From: an alpha proteobacterium MED-G09
GTDB lineage: Bacteria; Pseudomonadota; Alphaproteobacteria; MED-G09
DNA length: 64,000 bases
Assembly: GCA_905182015.1 (NCBI GenBank)
Contig: CAJIZT010000007.1
Span: 147,570-211,569, forward strand
Reading direction: 5' to 3'
Shown here: positions 21,065 through 32,199 of the stretch, piece by piece
Numbering within the stretch: position 1 is the stretch's first letter
Layout of the letters: every line of letters starts with the position of its first letter
The notes under the pieces: generated by a model
Database searches by the model: none
Told to the model about the DNA's origin: nothing
The model's input: only the letters and a program-made list of their open reading frames with translations
Translations under genes and position numbers: made by a program

Positions 21065-22203
21065 TCGAGGTTCCACTCAGCCCTAACATCTAAATCTTTT
21101 TCTGCTGCTAAAACTTTTTCCTTAACAGCCTCCAATTCATTATTTTTTAATATTTGTTGGATTGCCCATCCAGCTGCGCCTCTTACAATTGAAGATTCGT
21201 CTCGAAGATTTTTTTTTATGAACGGTAGGGATTTTTTAGATTTTGCGTTACCTATCGCAATCAAAACATTACGTAGAAATCTATTTCTCCCTATTCTTTT
21301 TATTGGGGATCCTGAAAACATCAATCTGAACTCCTTATCGTCTAACAACGATAATTGATTAAGGCTTAAATCTTTTGAGTTATGTCTGGAAAGGAATTTT
21401 ATTTCTTTTGATTGTTGCGCAAACTTGTTCCACGGACAAATAGCAAGACAATCATCACATCCATAAATTCTATTTCCTATCTTAGATCTTAAATTTTTTG
21501 GAATAATTCCTTGATGTTCTATTGTTAAGTATGAAATACATTTTCTAGCATCAAGTTTATATGGCTCTGGAAATGCTTGTGTTGGGCATATGTCTATGCA
21601 GCTAGTGCAATTACCACAATGGTCCGATTCTTCCTTATCAGGCCTTATGGGAATATTTGTATAAATTGAACCAAGAAAAAGCCAAGATCCAAATTCCCTA
21701 GAGACTAGATTTGTATGTTTTCCTTGCCATCCTAATCCTGCTTTTTGAGCCAAAGGCTTTTCCATAACAGGTGCCGTATCAACAAATACCTTAATTTCAG
21801 AATCTACCTGATTAACTAGCCACCTTCCTAAAACCTTTAAATTTTTTTTTATAACATCATGGTAATCTTTGCCTCTAGCATATACTGAAATATTTCCTGT
21901 ATTTGTTAGTTTGAGATCTTCTAAAGGATCATGATTTGGTCCATAATTTATTCCAAGCATTATAATGCTCTCAACATCCTTCCATAACTTCTTAGGTGAC
22001 TTTCTTCTTTCCTTTTTGCTCTCTAGCCAAACCATTTCCCCATGGAAACCTTTATTTAAAAATTGATCAAAATAATTTTTATTTTCTTTATTGATTTCTG
22101 GGACGGTAATTTTAATTAAATCAAAACCACATTCTCTAGATTTTTTTATCAATGATTCTCTTAAATCATTTTCTAGTTCATTATTAGAAATCGAGTAGGG
22201 CAT
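21058..22203 (-). CDS. queG: Epoxyqueuosine reductase
   Basis: YARGKDYH, FVDTAPVMEK, CGNCTSCIDICPT, CISYLTIE, GCDDCLAICPWN. Confidence 0.97.
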   Translation of the reverse strand: MPYSISNNELENDLRESLIKKSRECGFDLIKITVPEINKENKNYFDQFLNKGFHGEMVWLESKKERRKSPKKLWKDVESIIMLGINYGPNHDPLEDLKLTNTGNISVYARGKDYHDVIKKNLKVLGRWLVNQVDSEIKVFVDTAPVMEKPLAQKAGLGWQGKHTNLVSREFGSWLFLGSIYTNIPIRPDKEESDHCGNCTSCIDICPTQAFPEPYKLDARKCISYLTIEHQGIIPKNLRSKIGNRIYGCDDCLAICPWNKFAQQSKEIKFLSRHNSKDLSLNQLSLLDDKEFRLMFSGSPIKRIGRNRFLRNVLIAIGNAKSKKSLPFIKKNLRDESSIVRGAAGWAIQQILKNNELEAVKEKVLAAEKDLDVRAEWNLDQ

Positions 22204-22864
22204 AGTTTCCTCTTGGAGGTATGCCGACGATCTTATCGGTAAGAATAGACCTAAAGGATGGACGGCTTTTTATTCTTGAGTACCAGAGTTTGACTTCTGG
22301 AAAATTTCTCCAAGGAATATCACCCAAGTAATCTAGGCAGGAGATATGTGCAGCAGCACTGAGATCTGCAAGTTCAATTTTATTACCTACTAAGCAAAAT
22401 CTTCTCTCTAATAGATACTCGATATATTTAAGATGATTATTCATATTACTGATTGCTGAACGAATCAAATCTGTATTTGGTAGCCCACCACCCTTTTCAA
22501 CTAATCGAAATCTTTTTTCTACTCTCTCATTTATTATTACTTTACTAACTTCTTTATAAAATTTATTATCAAACCAATCAATTAACCTTCTATTCTCTGC
22601 CTTCTGCTCTATATCTTCCGGCAGGATGGCGCTATATTTATTTTCTAAGCGTTCAGTAATGGCATAGTGACCACAAAATGTTATATCATCAAATAACATC
22701 ACAGGTACTTCACCAGATGGATTTAATTGAACAAACTCTTTACGATTTTCCCAATACCTTTCAACAATCAAATCAACTCCAATCTTTTGTTCACCAAGTA
22801 ATAATCTTACTTTTCTACTGAATGGACATAACGGATAATGGTATAAAGTTGTCATTTTGATCAC
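22184..22864 (-). CDS. fzlA: GST-family FtsZ-binding protein FzlA
   Basis: LYHYPLCPFSRKVRL, KSRPSFR, C-terminal LDF; alphaproteobacterial fzlA-queG synteny. Confidence 0.8.
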   Translation of the reverse strand: MIKMTTLYHYPLCPFSRKVRLLLGEQKIGVDLIVERYWENRKEFVQLNPSGEVPVMLFDDITFCGHYAITERLENKYSAILPEDIEQKAENRRLIDWFDNKFYKEVSKVIINERVEKRFRLVEKGGGLPNTDLIRSAISNMNNHLKYIEYLLERRFCLVGNKIELADLSAAAHISCLDYLGDIPWRNFPEVKLWYSRIKSRPSFRSILTDKIVGIPPRGNYALLDF

Positions 22865-23001
22865 TAAGATTATTAATTTATCTATTAATACTTTTTATCG
22901 ACTTAACTATAATTAAAAATGATAAATTTTATATAAACATTTCTAATTATATTTTTCTTATCTGTATCTTTTATTATATTTGTTTATAACATGGTAGTGA
23001 A

Positions 23002-23613
23002 ATGAAAATTGAACTTCATAAAAATGACTTACCCGATAATATTAATTTTGAAGGCTCTGTCGCCGTTGATTCTGAAACACTCGGGCTAAGACCAGAGCGT
23101 GATCCTTTGTGTTTGGTTCAGTTATCATCAGGTGATGGAGATGCACACTTAGTTCAACTAAATAGAGAAAACTATAATGCTCCAAATCTTAAAAGAATAT
23201 TATCTGATAAAAAATGCCAGAAGATATTTCATTTTGCCAGATTTGATGTTGCGGTTTTTAAAAAATATCTAGAAATTGATTGTAATCCAATATACTGCAC
23301 AAAAATAGTTTCTAAATTAGTAAGAACGTATACCGATCGACATGGTCTAAAGGATTTATGTAAAGAACTTGTTGGTATTGATCTTTCGAAACAACAACAG
23401 AGCTCTAATTGGGGAGCCGAAGAGCTTACAGAGGAACAAAAGCATTACGCAGCTTCTGATGTTTTATATTTACATCAATTAAAGGGTATCCTTGACAAAG
23501 AATTATTAAAATTAAACCGCAAAGATCTTGCTGAGCAGTGTTTTTCTTTTATTAAAACCCGGGTTGATTTAGATCTGAAGGGTTGGCCTGATGTTGATAT
23601 ATTTAGTCACTGA
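23002..23613 (+). CDS. rnd: Ribonuclease D-like 3'-5' exonuclease (short form)
   Basis: AVDSETLGL, LCLVQLS, FHFARFD, YAASDV (DEDDy). Confidence 0.92.
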   Translation: MKIELHKNDLPDNINFEGSVAVDSETLGLRPERDPLCLVQLSSGDGDAHLVQLNRENYNAPNLKRILSDKKCQKIFHFARFDVAVFKKYLEIDCNPIYCTKIVSKLVRTYTDRHGLKDLCKELVGIDLSKQQQSSNWGAEELTEEQKHYAASDVLYLHQLKGILDKELLKLNRKDLAEQCFSFIKTRVDLDLKGWPDVDIFSH

Positions 23614-23621
23614 TCACTCTG

Positions 23622-24236
23622 ATGATAAAAAAAGATCATATTCAAATAAACCGTATAAAAAAATTAAAGATAATTTTTCCTCTTTTAGCTTTTTTTATTA
23701 TTTTTATATTAGTTGTGCAGTCTTCCAATATAGACCTCAATCCTGCCAATCCAAGCATAAAGCTAGCTCTCTCCGAGCAACGCAATGAGGGAGTTTTAAA
23801 GCCTTCGATGTTGGGTGAAACAACATCTGGACAGCCCTTTGAATTAAATGCCTTGAGGGCAAGTCCAATAGGTCCTGGGCTGCAGGATATAATGTTAGAA
23901 AATGTTAGTATTATAATTGGTGAAGCTCCTTCGCAAAAAATTAGCATTGATTCAAGGAATGCAAAATATTTTGCAAAAAATAATACGGCAATATTTTTTG
24001 ATGATATTCTAGCTAAAACTAGTGATGGGTATAATTTTATTGCTCAGGTTGTTAATGTAAACCTAGATACAGGGTTTACTTTTCTTGATGGACCTGTAAA
24101 GGGCAAAAAAGGTGGTATATTGTTTAATGCCGGGCATGTTGAAATTCATGAGGGTGGTAAAAAAATATTTATTTCCTCTGGAGTTGAAATGATTATACCA
24201 GCAAGCTTCCTCGAAAGTAAGCGGGGCGAAGGGTGA
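23622..24236 (+). CDS. lptC: LPS export protein LptC
   Basis: Single N-terminal TM (LKIIFPLL) then beta-rich domain; position before lptA-lptB. Confidence 0.75.
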   Translation: MIKKDHIQINRIKKLKIIFPLLAFFIIFILVVQSSNIDLNPANPSIKLALSEQRNEGVLKPSMLGETTSGQPFELNALRASPIGPGLQDIMLENVSIIIGEAPSQKISIDSRNAKYFAKNNTAIFFDDILAKTSDGYNFIAQVVNVNLDTGFTFLDGPVKGKKGGILFNAGHVEIHEGGKKIFISSGVEMIIPASFLESKRGEG

Positions 24237-24751
24237 AATTATCTAACCTGATAGGTATTTTTATATTACTTTTTTTAACTCTACTTCCTGGCGATTCATT
24301 TGCAGATAATCCTATGATGTTTAAGACCAATATTGCCGCCCCCTTAAAGGTAAATGCGGATAAAATGTATCTTGATAAAATTTCTCTGAACGGAGGTTTT
24401 TCTGGTTCAGTATACATCACTCAAGGACCGTTGAACTTAAAGTCTGATCAAATGTCATTCACTTTTTCAAATGAAAAAGATGCCCCATTAATAACCGAGC
24501 TATTTGCTTCTCAGGGAGTAGTCCTTGGAAATGAAGATATGACAGCTTCTGGCAATAATGCTTCATATAGTGTAATAAATAATGAGATATTGCTTGAAGG
24601 TAATGTTATTGTTAATAATAGCCTTACTGTCATGAAGGGTGAAAAATTGCATATTGACTTAAGATCTGGAAAAATTAATTTTTTATCTAATGAAAAACAA
24701 AATAATAGAATTAAAGGTGAGTTATTAATCGATGATAAAAAGAAAAAATAG
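24233..24751 (+). CDS. lptA: LPS transport periplasmic protein LptA
   Basis: Signal peptide, PLKVNAD, FSGSVYITQG, LEGNV OstA-like pattern. Confidence 0.8.
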   Translation: MKLSNLIGIFILLFLTLLPGDSFADNPMMFKTNIAAPLKVNADKMYLDKISLNGGFSGSVYITQGPLNLKSDQMSFTFSNEKDAPLITELFASQGVVLGNEDMTASGNNASYSVINNEILLEGNVIVNNSLTVMKGEKLHIDLRSGKINFLSNEKQNNRIKGELLIDDKKKK

Positions 24752-25511
24752 CGATTCTTTAGATAAACCAATTCTTGTTAGCGATAATGATAAAGGGCTT
24801 GAGATTTTACGAGTTAGTAAGTCATACAACAATAGACCGGTAATTAGAGAGGTAAGCTTCAATATAAAAAAGGGTGAGGCAGTTGGTCTTCTTGGACCGA
24901 ATGGATCAGGAAAAACCACATTATTCTACACTATTATTGGCCTAATAAAGCCTAATACGGGTAGTATTATGTTAAATGGCTATGATATTACCGACCTTCC
25001 TATTTATAAGCGCTCTAAAAATGGGATTGGGTATCTACCTCAGGAGGCATCAATATTCCGAGGATTAAATGTAGAAGATAACATTAGGGCTATTCTTGAA
25101 ATAGTTGAAACCGACGAGCAAATTATAGAAAGCAATCTTGATCAACTTCTAACTGAGTTTGATATCAATCACTTAAGAAGAACCCCTTCCTTAGCTCTAT
25201 CAGGAGGGGAAAGAAGAAGAGTAGAAATTGCACGATGTTTGGCTGGAAGGCCTAATTATATATTATTAGACGAACCGTTTGCGGGTATTGACCCAATAGC
25301 CCTTGGCGAGATAAGAGAGCTGGTCTCTCATTTAAAGGATAAGGGAGTCGGTGTTTTAATTACAGATCATAATGTTAGGGAAACTTTAGGACTTATTGAT
25401 CGAGCGGTTTTAATTCATGAAGGGTCAGTTTTAATGGAGGGAACTCCAGACGAAATTATTCAAAATGAAGATGTTCGACGCGTATATCTAGGTGAAAGGT
25501 TTTCTATATAG
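24732..25511 (+). CDS. lptB: LPS export ABC transporter ATP-binding protein
   Basis: GPNGSGKT, YLPQEASIFRGL, LSGGERRR, DEPFAGIDP, ITDHNVRETL. Confidence 0.97.
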   Translation: MIKRKNSDSLDKPILVSDNDKGLEILRVSKSYNNRPVIREVSFNIKKGEAVGLLGPNGSGKTTLFYTIIGLIKPNTGSIMLNGYDITDLPIYKRSKNGIGYLPQEASIFRGLNVEDNIRAILEIVETDEQIIESNLDQLLTEFDINHLRRTPSLALSGGERRRVEIARCLAGRPNYILLDEPFAGIDPIALGEIRELVSHLKDKGVGVLITDHNVRETLGLIDRAVLIHEGSVLMEGTPDEIIQNEDVRRVYLGERFSI

Positions 25512-25515
25512 CAAT

Positions 25516-25872
25516 ATGCCAATAAATATTTTTGATGATTTAATTAATTCTGTCTTGAATTGTTTTAATAGAGCTTTTGATTTTGATAATCGCTCTTCTC
25601 GCAAGGAATTCTGGTGCTGGCAGGTTTTTAGAATTCTAATGTTTTTGTCTTTAACTTTTGTAGAGAGTCTGGGTTTAAAAGGTATACTTTTTATATCTAA
25701 CTTTATTTTTTTATTTCCAGAGCTATCTGTTTCTGTTCGAAGGTTGCACGATATCAATAAATCAGGTTGGTGGGTTATGTTAAGCGTGACAATTATAGGA
25801 ATTCTTCCGTTACTTTATTTTTATTCTTTGAGGGGTGATGATGGGATAAATGATTTTGGACAACCGAGATAG
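25516..25872 (+). CDS. DUF805 membrane protein
   Basis: RSSRKEFW, VRRLHDINKSGWW, NDFG. Confidence 0.9.
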   Translation: MPINIFDDLINSVLNCFNRAFDFDNRSSRKEFWCWQVFRILMFLSLTFVESLGLKGILFISNFIFLFPELSVSVRRLHDINKSGWWVMLSVTIIGILPLLYFYSLRGDDGINDFGQPR

Positions 25873-25888
25873 AGGAGAGTTTGAGGTA

Positions 25889-27724
25889 ATGAATATTATT
25901 AAAAAAATTATTGGTTATGTAGCTTTTATCATAAAAAATCTTTGGTATTTTCTTTCATATATCCCAACATTTTTTATTAGGATTCTAACTCTTATTATAC
26001 TTATAGTGCTTGTTGGAAGTATTTTTTCTAAACTAGATAATAAGATCCAGAAAGATACCGCATTATATATTCCACTGAATGGAGTCTTGGTTGAGCAGAT
26101 GGAAGAAATGAGTAGCATAGAATATTTTGTTACTGGGAATAAAAAAAATGAGATTGAATTAGGGCATATTGTCCGCATTATTAAGAAAGCGACAGAAGAT
26201 GAAAAAATTTCAACAATAATAATTGATTTGAGTAATTTTTCTGGTGGCTACCCCGCTGATATTTTTTATTTATGCGAGACACTGGGTAATTTTAAAAAAC
26301 GTAAAAATAAAAAAATAATTGCTATAGCCGATCAATACTCACAAGCGTCATACTTAATTGCATCATTAGCGAATCAAATAATTCTACATCCCTCCGGCGG
26401 AGTTGTATTAACTGGATGGTCATCCAAGAGGGTTTTCATTAAAGATTTCTTGGATAAGCTTGATGTCAAAGTACTTCCATTCTCAAAGGGTGAATATAAA
26501 AGTGCTTTCGAAACCTACACGCGATCATCAATGAGTGTTGAATCAAAGGAATCAAATTCTAAATTATTTCAAAGTATATGGAGTTTTACATCTGAATACA
26601 TCGAAAATAATAGAAGCTTAAAGCTTGGAAAAATTGATAACTATATTCAAAATATTGATACTTTAGTTGATGAAAGCAAAAATGATTTTGCGGAACTGGC
26701 TTTAAATTTTGGTCTTGTAGATAATTTGATGACGCGGGTTGAGGTTGAAAATTTTCTAAGTGAGAATTTTCCTATCGATGGATCTGACTGGAGATTTATT
26801 CATTACAAGGATTATAAGATTCAGAAATTAAAAAAAAATAAGAATATTATCGGAGTCATTCCGGTGGCTGGAGTGATATTAGACGGAAGTCAGCCAAGGG
26901 GATTTGCCGGTGGCGAAAATATTTCATCAATGATTAGGGAGGCTCGTAAAGAAAAAAATTTAAAGGCCCTAATTTTAAGAGTTAACACCCCTGGCGGAAG
27001 TGCTTTCGCTTCTGAAATTATCAGAGAACAACTTATGGCTATTAAAGAGAGAAATATTCCTATTGTTGTTTCAATGGGTGGTTTGGCCGCCTCAGGAGGG
27101 TATTGGATATCCGCAGAGTCGGACTATATCTTTGCGCATGAAACCAGTGTTACAGGTTCTATAGGCGTTGCTGCAATCTTATTTGATGGAGAAGATACAA
27201 TTAAGCAGATAGGATTAAACGAGGATGGTGTAAGTAATTCACCTTTTTCTAGCGTAATTGACAGCGGTATTCTTTTGTCATCTCCCTCCGATAGAGCTGT
27301 TAACCTTATTCAAGGGTCTGTTGATAAATTGTATAATGATTTTATAAAAATAGTTGCCAAGGGTCGGGGGATATCACTTAATGAAGCAAATTCAATTGCA
27401 AAAGGCAGGGTATGGTCGGGAAGAGATGCTCTTGATCTAGGCTTAGTTGATGAAATAGGATCTTTTGACGATGCTATTTTGAAAGCTAAAAGTATGGCCG
27501 ACATTAATGACTATTATATAAAAGAATACGGCGAAATAAAAAATAATATTTCTATCCTTATGAATCTGTTAAATTTTCTTTCATTAAAAGAGAGTTTTAA
27601 TTCAGATAAGAGCTTTTTACAAAGTATGAAGAATGAGCTTTTAAATACCCTTAAGTGGACAAAGAATCTAAACGATAGGAATAACCTTTATTTGATTTGC
27701 GATGAATGCATCAGTAACAAGTAA
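25889..27724 (+). CDS. sppA: Signal peptide peptidase SppA, long two-domain form
   Basis: GEYKSA (Lys), [14 protein letters not shown] (Ser), TGSIG, GRVWSG; start follows GAGG. Confidence 0.93.
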   Translation: MNIIKKIIGYVAFIIKNLWYFLSYIPTFFIRILTLIILIVLVGSIFSKLDNKIQKDTALYIPLNGVLVEQMEEMSSIEYFVTGNKKNEIELGHIVRIIKKATEDEKISTIIIDLSNFSGGYPADIFYLCETLGNFKKRKNKKIIAIADQYSQASYLIASLANQIILHPSGGVVLTGWSSKRVFIKDFLDKLDVKVLPFSKGEYKSAFETYTRSSMSVESKESNSKLFQSIWSFTSEYIENNRSLKLGKIDNYIQNIDTLVDESKNDFAELALNFGLVDNLMTRVEVENFLSENFPIDGSDWRFIHYKDYKIQKLKKNKNIIGVIPVAGVILDGSQPRGFAGGENISSMIREARKEKNLKALILRVNTPGGSAFASEIIREQLMAIKERNIPIVVSMGGLAASGGYWISAESDYIFAHETSVTGSIGVAAILFDGEDTIKQIGLNEDGVSNSPFSSVIDSGILLSSPSDRAVNLIQGSVDKLYNDFIKIVAKGRGISLNEANSIAKGRVWSGRDALDLGLVDEIGSFDDAILKAKSMADINDYYIKEYGEIKNNISILMNLLNFLSLKESFNSDKSFLQSMKNELLNTLKWTKNLNDRNNLYLICDECISNK

Positions 27725-27732
27725 TCTTATGC

Positions 27733-27761
27733 TTGCTCGATAACCCCTATGGGGGTATAAG
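27733..27761 (+). promoter_or_regulatory. Sigma70-type promoter of rpmF
   Basis: TTGCTC-17 nt-TATAAG about 40 nt upstream of the rpmF ATG. Confidence 0.55.
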
Positions 27762-27801
27762 TCCTTCAAGAACTATAAAAATTAAAAGTGTGGAGTTTAA
27801 A

Positions 27802-27987
27802 ATGGCAGTTCCAAAAAGAAAAGTTAGCCCTTCTCGAAGAGGAAAGAGAAGAGGTGGTCATCAATCTGAAATACCTACTTATGTAGTGAATAAAGATTCA
27901 GGTGAGCTTCATAGACCTCATCATATCGATCTTAAGACTGGAATGTACAAAGGTCGCAAGGTGATAGAAACAAAAGAAACTAAATAA
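27802..27987 (+). CDS. rpmF: 50S ribosomal protein L32 (Cys-free type)
   Basis: [14 protein letters not shown]...[10 protein letters not shown]...GMYKGRKV; GGAG SD before ATG 27802. Confidence 0.97.
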   Translation: MAVPKRKVSPSRRGKRRGGHQSEIPTYVVNKDSGELHRPHHIDLKTGMYKGRKVIETKETK

Positions 27988-28166
27988 ACCATAATTATTT
28001 GATATTTTATCAAAATTTAAAGGTTTCTTCTTTTTACTTATTGCCCCACTAGTCTGGACTTTTATATTTGTACCTCAAAAACTATCCGAAGCTTTCTGGT
28101 CACCCCCTCAACTTAGATTATTAAGATCCTTAATCAGAGGGGAAATTGCATTATTATTTGTTAATT

Positions 28167-28970
28167 TTACCAATCGTTTCTTAATTCCCTTAACTTTAAA
28201 AAGACCTCTTTCATTCCAGGATCTTTAGATAACTCAGGAAAATTTTCTCTTAAATTTTCGATAACATTAGAGTTTTTTAGACGAAAAAATGTATTTATTT
28301 CTTTTTCTATACCTAAGGTAGAAACAGTTTTATTGTTTGGATCTATTATTTTTTTATCATTAATCATTCTCTGAGCTACAAGATTTCCAGGTTCTCTATC
28401 TAAAGTAAACTTTAAGTTATTTTCCCAATAATCATGACCTGGATAAATTTTTGTTTGATTCGGAAGGGTGAATAATTGATTAATGAAGGTTTCGTAGAGT
28501 TCATTAGGGTTTCCACCAGCCTTACAGTGGCCAACTCCAGCATTAAACAAGGTGTCACCACAAAAAAGTGACGGCGTATTGGTATTTGCAAACAAACATA
28601 CATGACTCATGGTATGGCCAGGGGTATCTAAAACTTCCAAATTAACCGTCGACCCGATTTTTATTTGATCACCCGCTTTTAGGCCTACATCAATATTCTC
28701 TATCGCATCTTTTGCATTTTGGTGAGCAAGGAGTTTTGCCCCTGTTGCCTTAATAATTGATTCATTTCCGCCAATATGATCCCAGTGCTCGTGTGTATTC
28801 AATATTTTTGTAATTTCCCAGCCTTTATTTTTACTAACAGAGAGACATTGCTCATAATCCAGTGGATCAACTGCCATTGCTTCGCCTGTTTCAGGACAAA
28901 CTATTAAATAATTAAAATTACGAAATTGATTAGCTGTCCAAATTTGTTCTACTATCAAAATATTCTCCAT
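28167..28970 (-). CDS. gloB: Hydroxyacylglutathione hydrolase (glyoxalase II)
   Basis: THEHWDHIGG, TPGHT, FCGDTLF, YPGHDY, LRELRNDW. Confidence 0.9.
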   Translation of the reverse strand: MENILIVEQIWTANQFRNFNYLIVCPETGEAMAVDPLDYEQCLSVSKNKGWEITKILNTHEHWDHIGGNESIIKATGAKLLAHQNAKDAIENIDVGLKAGDQIKIGSTVNLEVLDTPGHTMSHVCLFANTNTPSLFCGDTLFNAGVGHCKAGGNPNELYETFINQLFTLPNQTKIYPGHDYWENNLKFTLDREPGNLVAQRMINDKKIIDPNNKTVSTLGIEKEINTFFRLKNSNVIENLRENFPELSKDPGMKEVFLKLRELRNDW

Positions 28971-28997
28971 AAGTTAAATGTTAGTTGAGTATATAAT

Positions 28998-29717
28998 ATG
29001 AAAAAAAATATTGAAAATTTTAAAATTTTTTATTCAAGCCCCTTAGGAAAGGTAGCATCTAAAATTATCGCAAAAAAGATTTCTCAAAATTGGACTACGG
29101 GTTCTAATCTAAGAATAGCATTAATTGGGTTTGGCTCTGCATATTTAGATTTAGTTAATAGAAAAGCTCAAAGTTTTTTTCTTTTAATACCAATTCTACA
29201 TGGACTTTATGATTTTAACTTAAAAAAAAATAATTTAACCGCCTCAGTTAATGAATATAATTTACCAATCGATGATTTATCGCTTGATAGATTGTTAGTT
29301 ATTCATAGTTTTGAGTATTTAAATGATCATAAAATTTTTTTAAGAGAGTCGTGGAGGGCTTTAGATAAAAATGGTGAAATCTTTATAATTGTCCCTCACT
29401 CTTTTGGATTATGGAGGCGCTACTACAAAAATAATTTTTTTGCTCTCAGAACATTTAGTATCTTTGAGTTGAACTCCTTACTGGTGAATAATTTCTTTAC
29501 ACCTATTTCAATAGATTACTCTTTATTTTTTCCGCCAAATAATAATTATTTTTTTAAAAAGTCCTCTTTTTTTGAAAAGGTGGGGAGTAGATTTTTTAAT
29601 TTCTTTGCTGGGGTTATTATTATTAAAGCTAAAAAAAATTACTCGGCAGCGATTCTCAAAGAACGGAATATTATTAAAAGAAAAACTACTCGAGCATCAA
29701 GAGTCGATGCAATCTAA
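28998..29717 (+). CDS. Class I SAM-dependent methyltransferase-like protein
   Basis: LP..D.SLDRLLVIHSFE, LRESWRAL...GE; typical position divergent from gloB. Confidence 0.75.
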   Translation: MKKNIENFKIFYSSPLGKVASKIIAKKISQNWTTGSNLRIALIGFGSAYLDLVNRKAQSFFLLIPILHGLYDFNLKKNNLTASVNEYNLPIDDLSLDRLLVIHSFEYLNDHKIFLRESWRALDKNGEIFIIVPHSFGLWRRYYKNNFFALRTFSIFELNSLLVNNFFTPISIDYSLFFPPNNNYFFKKSSFFEKVGSRFFNFFAGVIIIKAKKNYSAAILKERNIIKRKTTRASRVDAI

Positions 29718-29721
29718 ATAT

Positions 29722-30327
29722 CTAGGATTTTATTATAAATATTGCTTCCTCAGAAAGGAGATTAGAGAGTTTATTTGGAAGCCCGTTATAGGACTTTGTA
29801 TTTTTAGAAGATAATGTAATTGTTTTTTCGATTTCAATATTTAATTGATCACAAAGATTAATAAAATCAAGAATTGTGCAAAGATGAATGTTGGGGGTAT
29901 TAAACCAGCTATTTGATAGTCTTTTTGTTATAGGCATTTTCCCATAAAATCCTAAGCTTAATCTTACTCTCCAATAACCAAAGTTAGGGATCGATACAAT
30001 TGCCTTCTTTCCGATACGAATAAGTTCTTTTAAGATAACGTCAGGGTGGCTCGTAGCTTGAATAGTCTGGCTAAGTATTACACAATCAAAAGATTGATCG
30101 GGGTACAAGCTTAGGTCCTTATCAGCATCACCTTGTATGGCAGATAAGCCTTTTGCTACACACTGATTAACACGCTCCTGTCCAAGCTCAAGGCCTTGAC
30201 CAATTATATTTCTTTTTTTCTTTAAAGATTCTAGTAATTCTCCACTACCACATCCAACATCCAATATACGAGATTTTCTTTCAACAAGTGAAGTAATGAG
30301 CTCTAAATCTAATCTTTTTCTATCCAT
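29722..30327 (-). CDS. metW: Methionine biosynthesis protein MetW
   Basis: ILDVGCGSG, ILSQTIQA, SIPNFGYW, TPNIHLCTI; coupled to metX. Confidence 0.96.
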   Translation of the reverse strand: MDRKRLDLELITSLVERKSRILDVGCGSGELLESLKKKRNIIGQGLELGQERVNQCVAKGLSAIQGDADKDLSLYPDQSFDCVILSQTIQATSHPDVILKELIRIGKKAIVSIPNFGYWRVRLSLGFYGKMPITKRLSNSWFNTPNIHLCTILDFINLCDQLNIEIEKTITLSSKNTKSYNGLPNKLSNLLSEEAIFIIKS

Positions 30328-31460
30328 TATAAATTTGTTTCCTTTGAAACTGATTCTAGGAATCCTCTCATAGCATTATCAAATTCAGGTTCATCTAATA
30401 GAAATGCATCATGCCCTTTATCAGATTCAATGTTAACAAAACTTACATCGACACCACCCGCGCTTAAGGCGCGAACTATTATAAGGCTTTCTGATGGTGG
30501 ATAAAGCCAATCACCAGTAAATGATGCTAATAAAAATTTAGTTTTGGTTTTTTCAAAGATCTCAGTGAGGCTTTTATTGTGAGTTTTTTCTAAATCAAAA
30601 TAATCCATCGCTCTTGTTATATAAAGATAAGAGTTTGCATCAAACCGGTCAACGAATGTCAGGCCTTGATGCCTTAAGTAGCTTTCAATCTGAAAGTCAG
30701 CATCAAATCCAAAACTTATTTCATCCTTATCTTGCAGGCGCCTTCCAAATTTTTTTGTTAGGGATGCCTCAGATAAATAAGTAACGTGAGCAGTCATTCT
30801 AGCAATCGATAGACCCTTGGAGGGCCTTGTCCCTAACTTAATATAATCACCGCCATTCCATTCTGGGTCTGCCATTATTGCCTGCCTGCCTAGCTCATGA
30901 AATGCAATGTTCTGTGCAGTATGTCTAGACGACGTTGCAATTGGAATAGCTGAGAATAGTTTTTCAGGATAAGATGCTGCCCACTCTAGTACTTGCATCC
31001 CTCCCATAGAACCACCGATTACCGATAAGAGTTTTTTTATTCCTAAATGATTGATCAGTCTAAGTTGGGCATTAACCATGTCTGATACAGTGATCATAGG
31101 AAAATCTAATCCATATTCCTTATTTGTTTTGGGATCTAATGATGTTGGGCCAGTTGACCCAGTACAGCCACCAAGAACATTTGCGCAAATTATAAAGTAT
31201 TTATCAGTATCTACTGGTTTTCCGCAGCCAACCATTCTATTCCACCAGCCGTCCTTATTAGTTATTGGATTTTTACTAGCTAAGAATTGGTCACCTGACA
31301 ATGCATGGCACACTATAATGGCATTTGATTTGTTTTTGTTGAGCTTACCATAGCTTTCATACGCTACAGTAAGCTCAACAATACTTGTTCCATTTTCAAG
31401 TAGAAGAGGTATCTTTTCTGTAAAATATGAACATGGTAGTTTATTTGGTTCAATAGTCAT
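30327..31460 (-). CDS. metX: Homoserine O-acetyltransferase
   Basis: [42 protein letters not shown]. Confidence 0.97.
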   Translation of the reverse strand: MTIEPNKLPCSYFTEKIPLLLENGTSIVELTVAYESYGKLNKNKSNAIIVCHALSGDQFLASKNPITNKDGWWNRMVGCGKPVDTDKYFIICANVLGGCTGSTGPTSLDPKTNKEYGLDFPMITVSDMVNAQLRLINHLGIKKLLSVIGGSMGGMQVLEWAASYPEKLFSAIPIATSSRHTAQNIAFHELGRQAIMADPEWNGGDYIKLGTRPSKGLSIARMTAHVTYLSEASLTKKFGRRLQDKDEISFGFDADFQIESYLRHQGLTFVDRFDANSYLYITRAMDYFDLEKTHNKSLTEIFEKTKTKFLLASFTGDWLYPPSESLIIVRALSAGGVDVSFVNIESDKGHDAFLLDEPEFDNAMRGFLESVSKETNL

Positions 31461-31516
31461 AACAGTAAGATAGCCTTTTATTTAGAATATTAGAATTAAT
31501 ACTTATTTATATAACC

Positions 31517-32194
31517 CTAAAATCTCCATCCATAACCAATGCTAATTGCTAGCGGATCTAGGTCAACTGATGCAGTTGCTATTCCAGCAGCTCCGGCGTC
31601 AATTGAAGTATCGGTTGATAGTGTATATTTTTTAATATCAATATTAAAATAGTTATTTTCATTAATAACATAATCAAAACCAATATTTAGAGCAAAACCA
31701 AAGTCATCTTTGTAGCTTATACCCACAGCATCACCTGGATTATCATCATAAAAAAATGTATAATTTATTCCAGCACCGACATAGGGTAAAAATCTACTTT
31801 CACTATTAAAATGATATTGCAAAGTAAATGTTGGCGGTAAAACCTTTACTGTTCCTAGATTTACATTTCCCAGGGCAGTGCCTACGGCAGCAACATTATG
31901 TTCGGTAGTTCCAAAAATTGTTTCAATAGCAATATTATCAGTTATAAAATATCTAATATCTAGTTCTGGGACAGTATCATCATCAACCGTAGCTTCGCCG
32001 CCTATTGATGTTACTGAATCAACGTCCGGATCTAAATTTAGTACCTTAAGTCCTACAAGCCATGTACCAGCACTTTTGAATGCAGTATTTTCTTGTGCTT
32101 GAGATATTGTTGGTAATATAATTACTGAAGTAAAAAATACTAATGCCAAAATAGGGATTAGGGTTAAAAGTTTTTTAATAATATGTTTTTTCAT
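31517..32194 (-). CDS. ompW: OmpW/AlkL family outer membrane protein
   Basis: Signal peptide, PELDIRYFITDNIAIE, LPPTFTLQYHF, PYVGAGINY, LDP...GYGWRF. Confidence 0.92.
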   Translation of the reverse strand: MKKHIIKKLLTLIPILALVFFTSVIILPTISQAQENTAFKSAGTWLVGLKVLNLDPDVDSVTSIGGEATVDDDTVPELDIRYFITDNIAIETIFGTTEHNVAAVGTALGNVNLGTVKVLPPTFTLQYHFNSESRFLPYVGAGINYTFFYDDNPGDAVGISYKDDFGFALNIGFDYVINENNYFNIDIKKYTLSTDTSIDAGAAGIATASVDLDPLAISIGYGWRF

Positions 32195-32199
32195 TTTTT

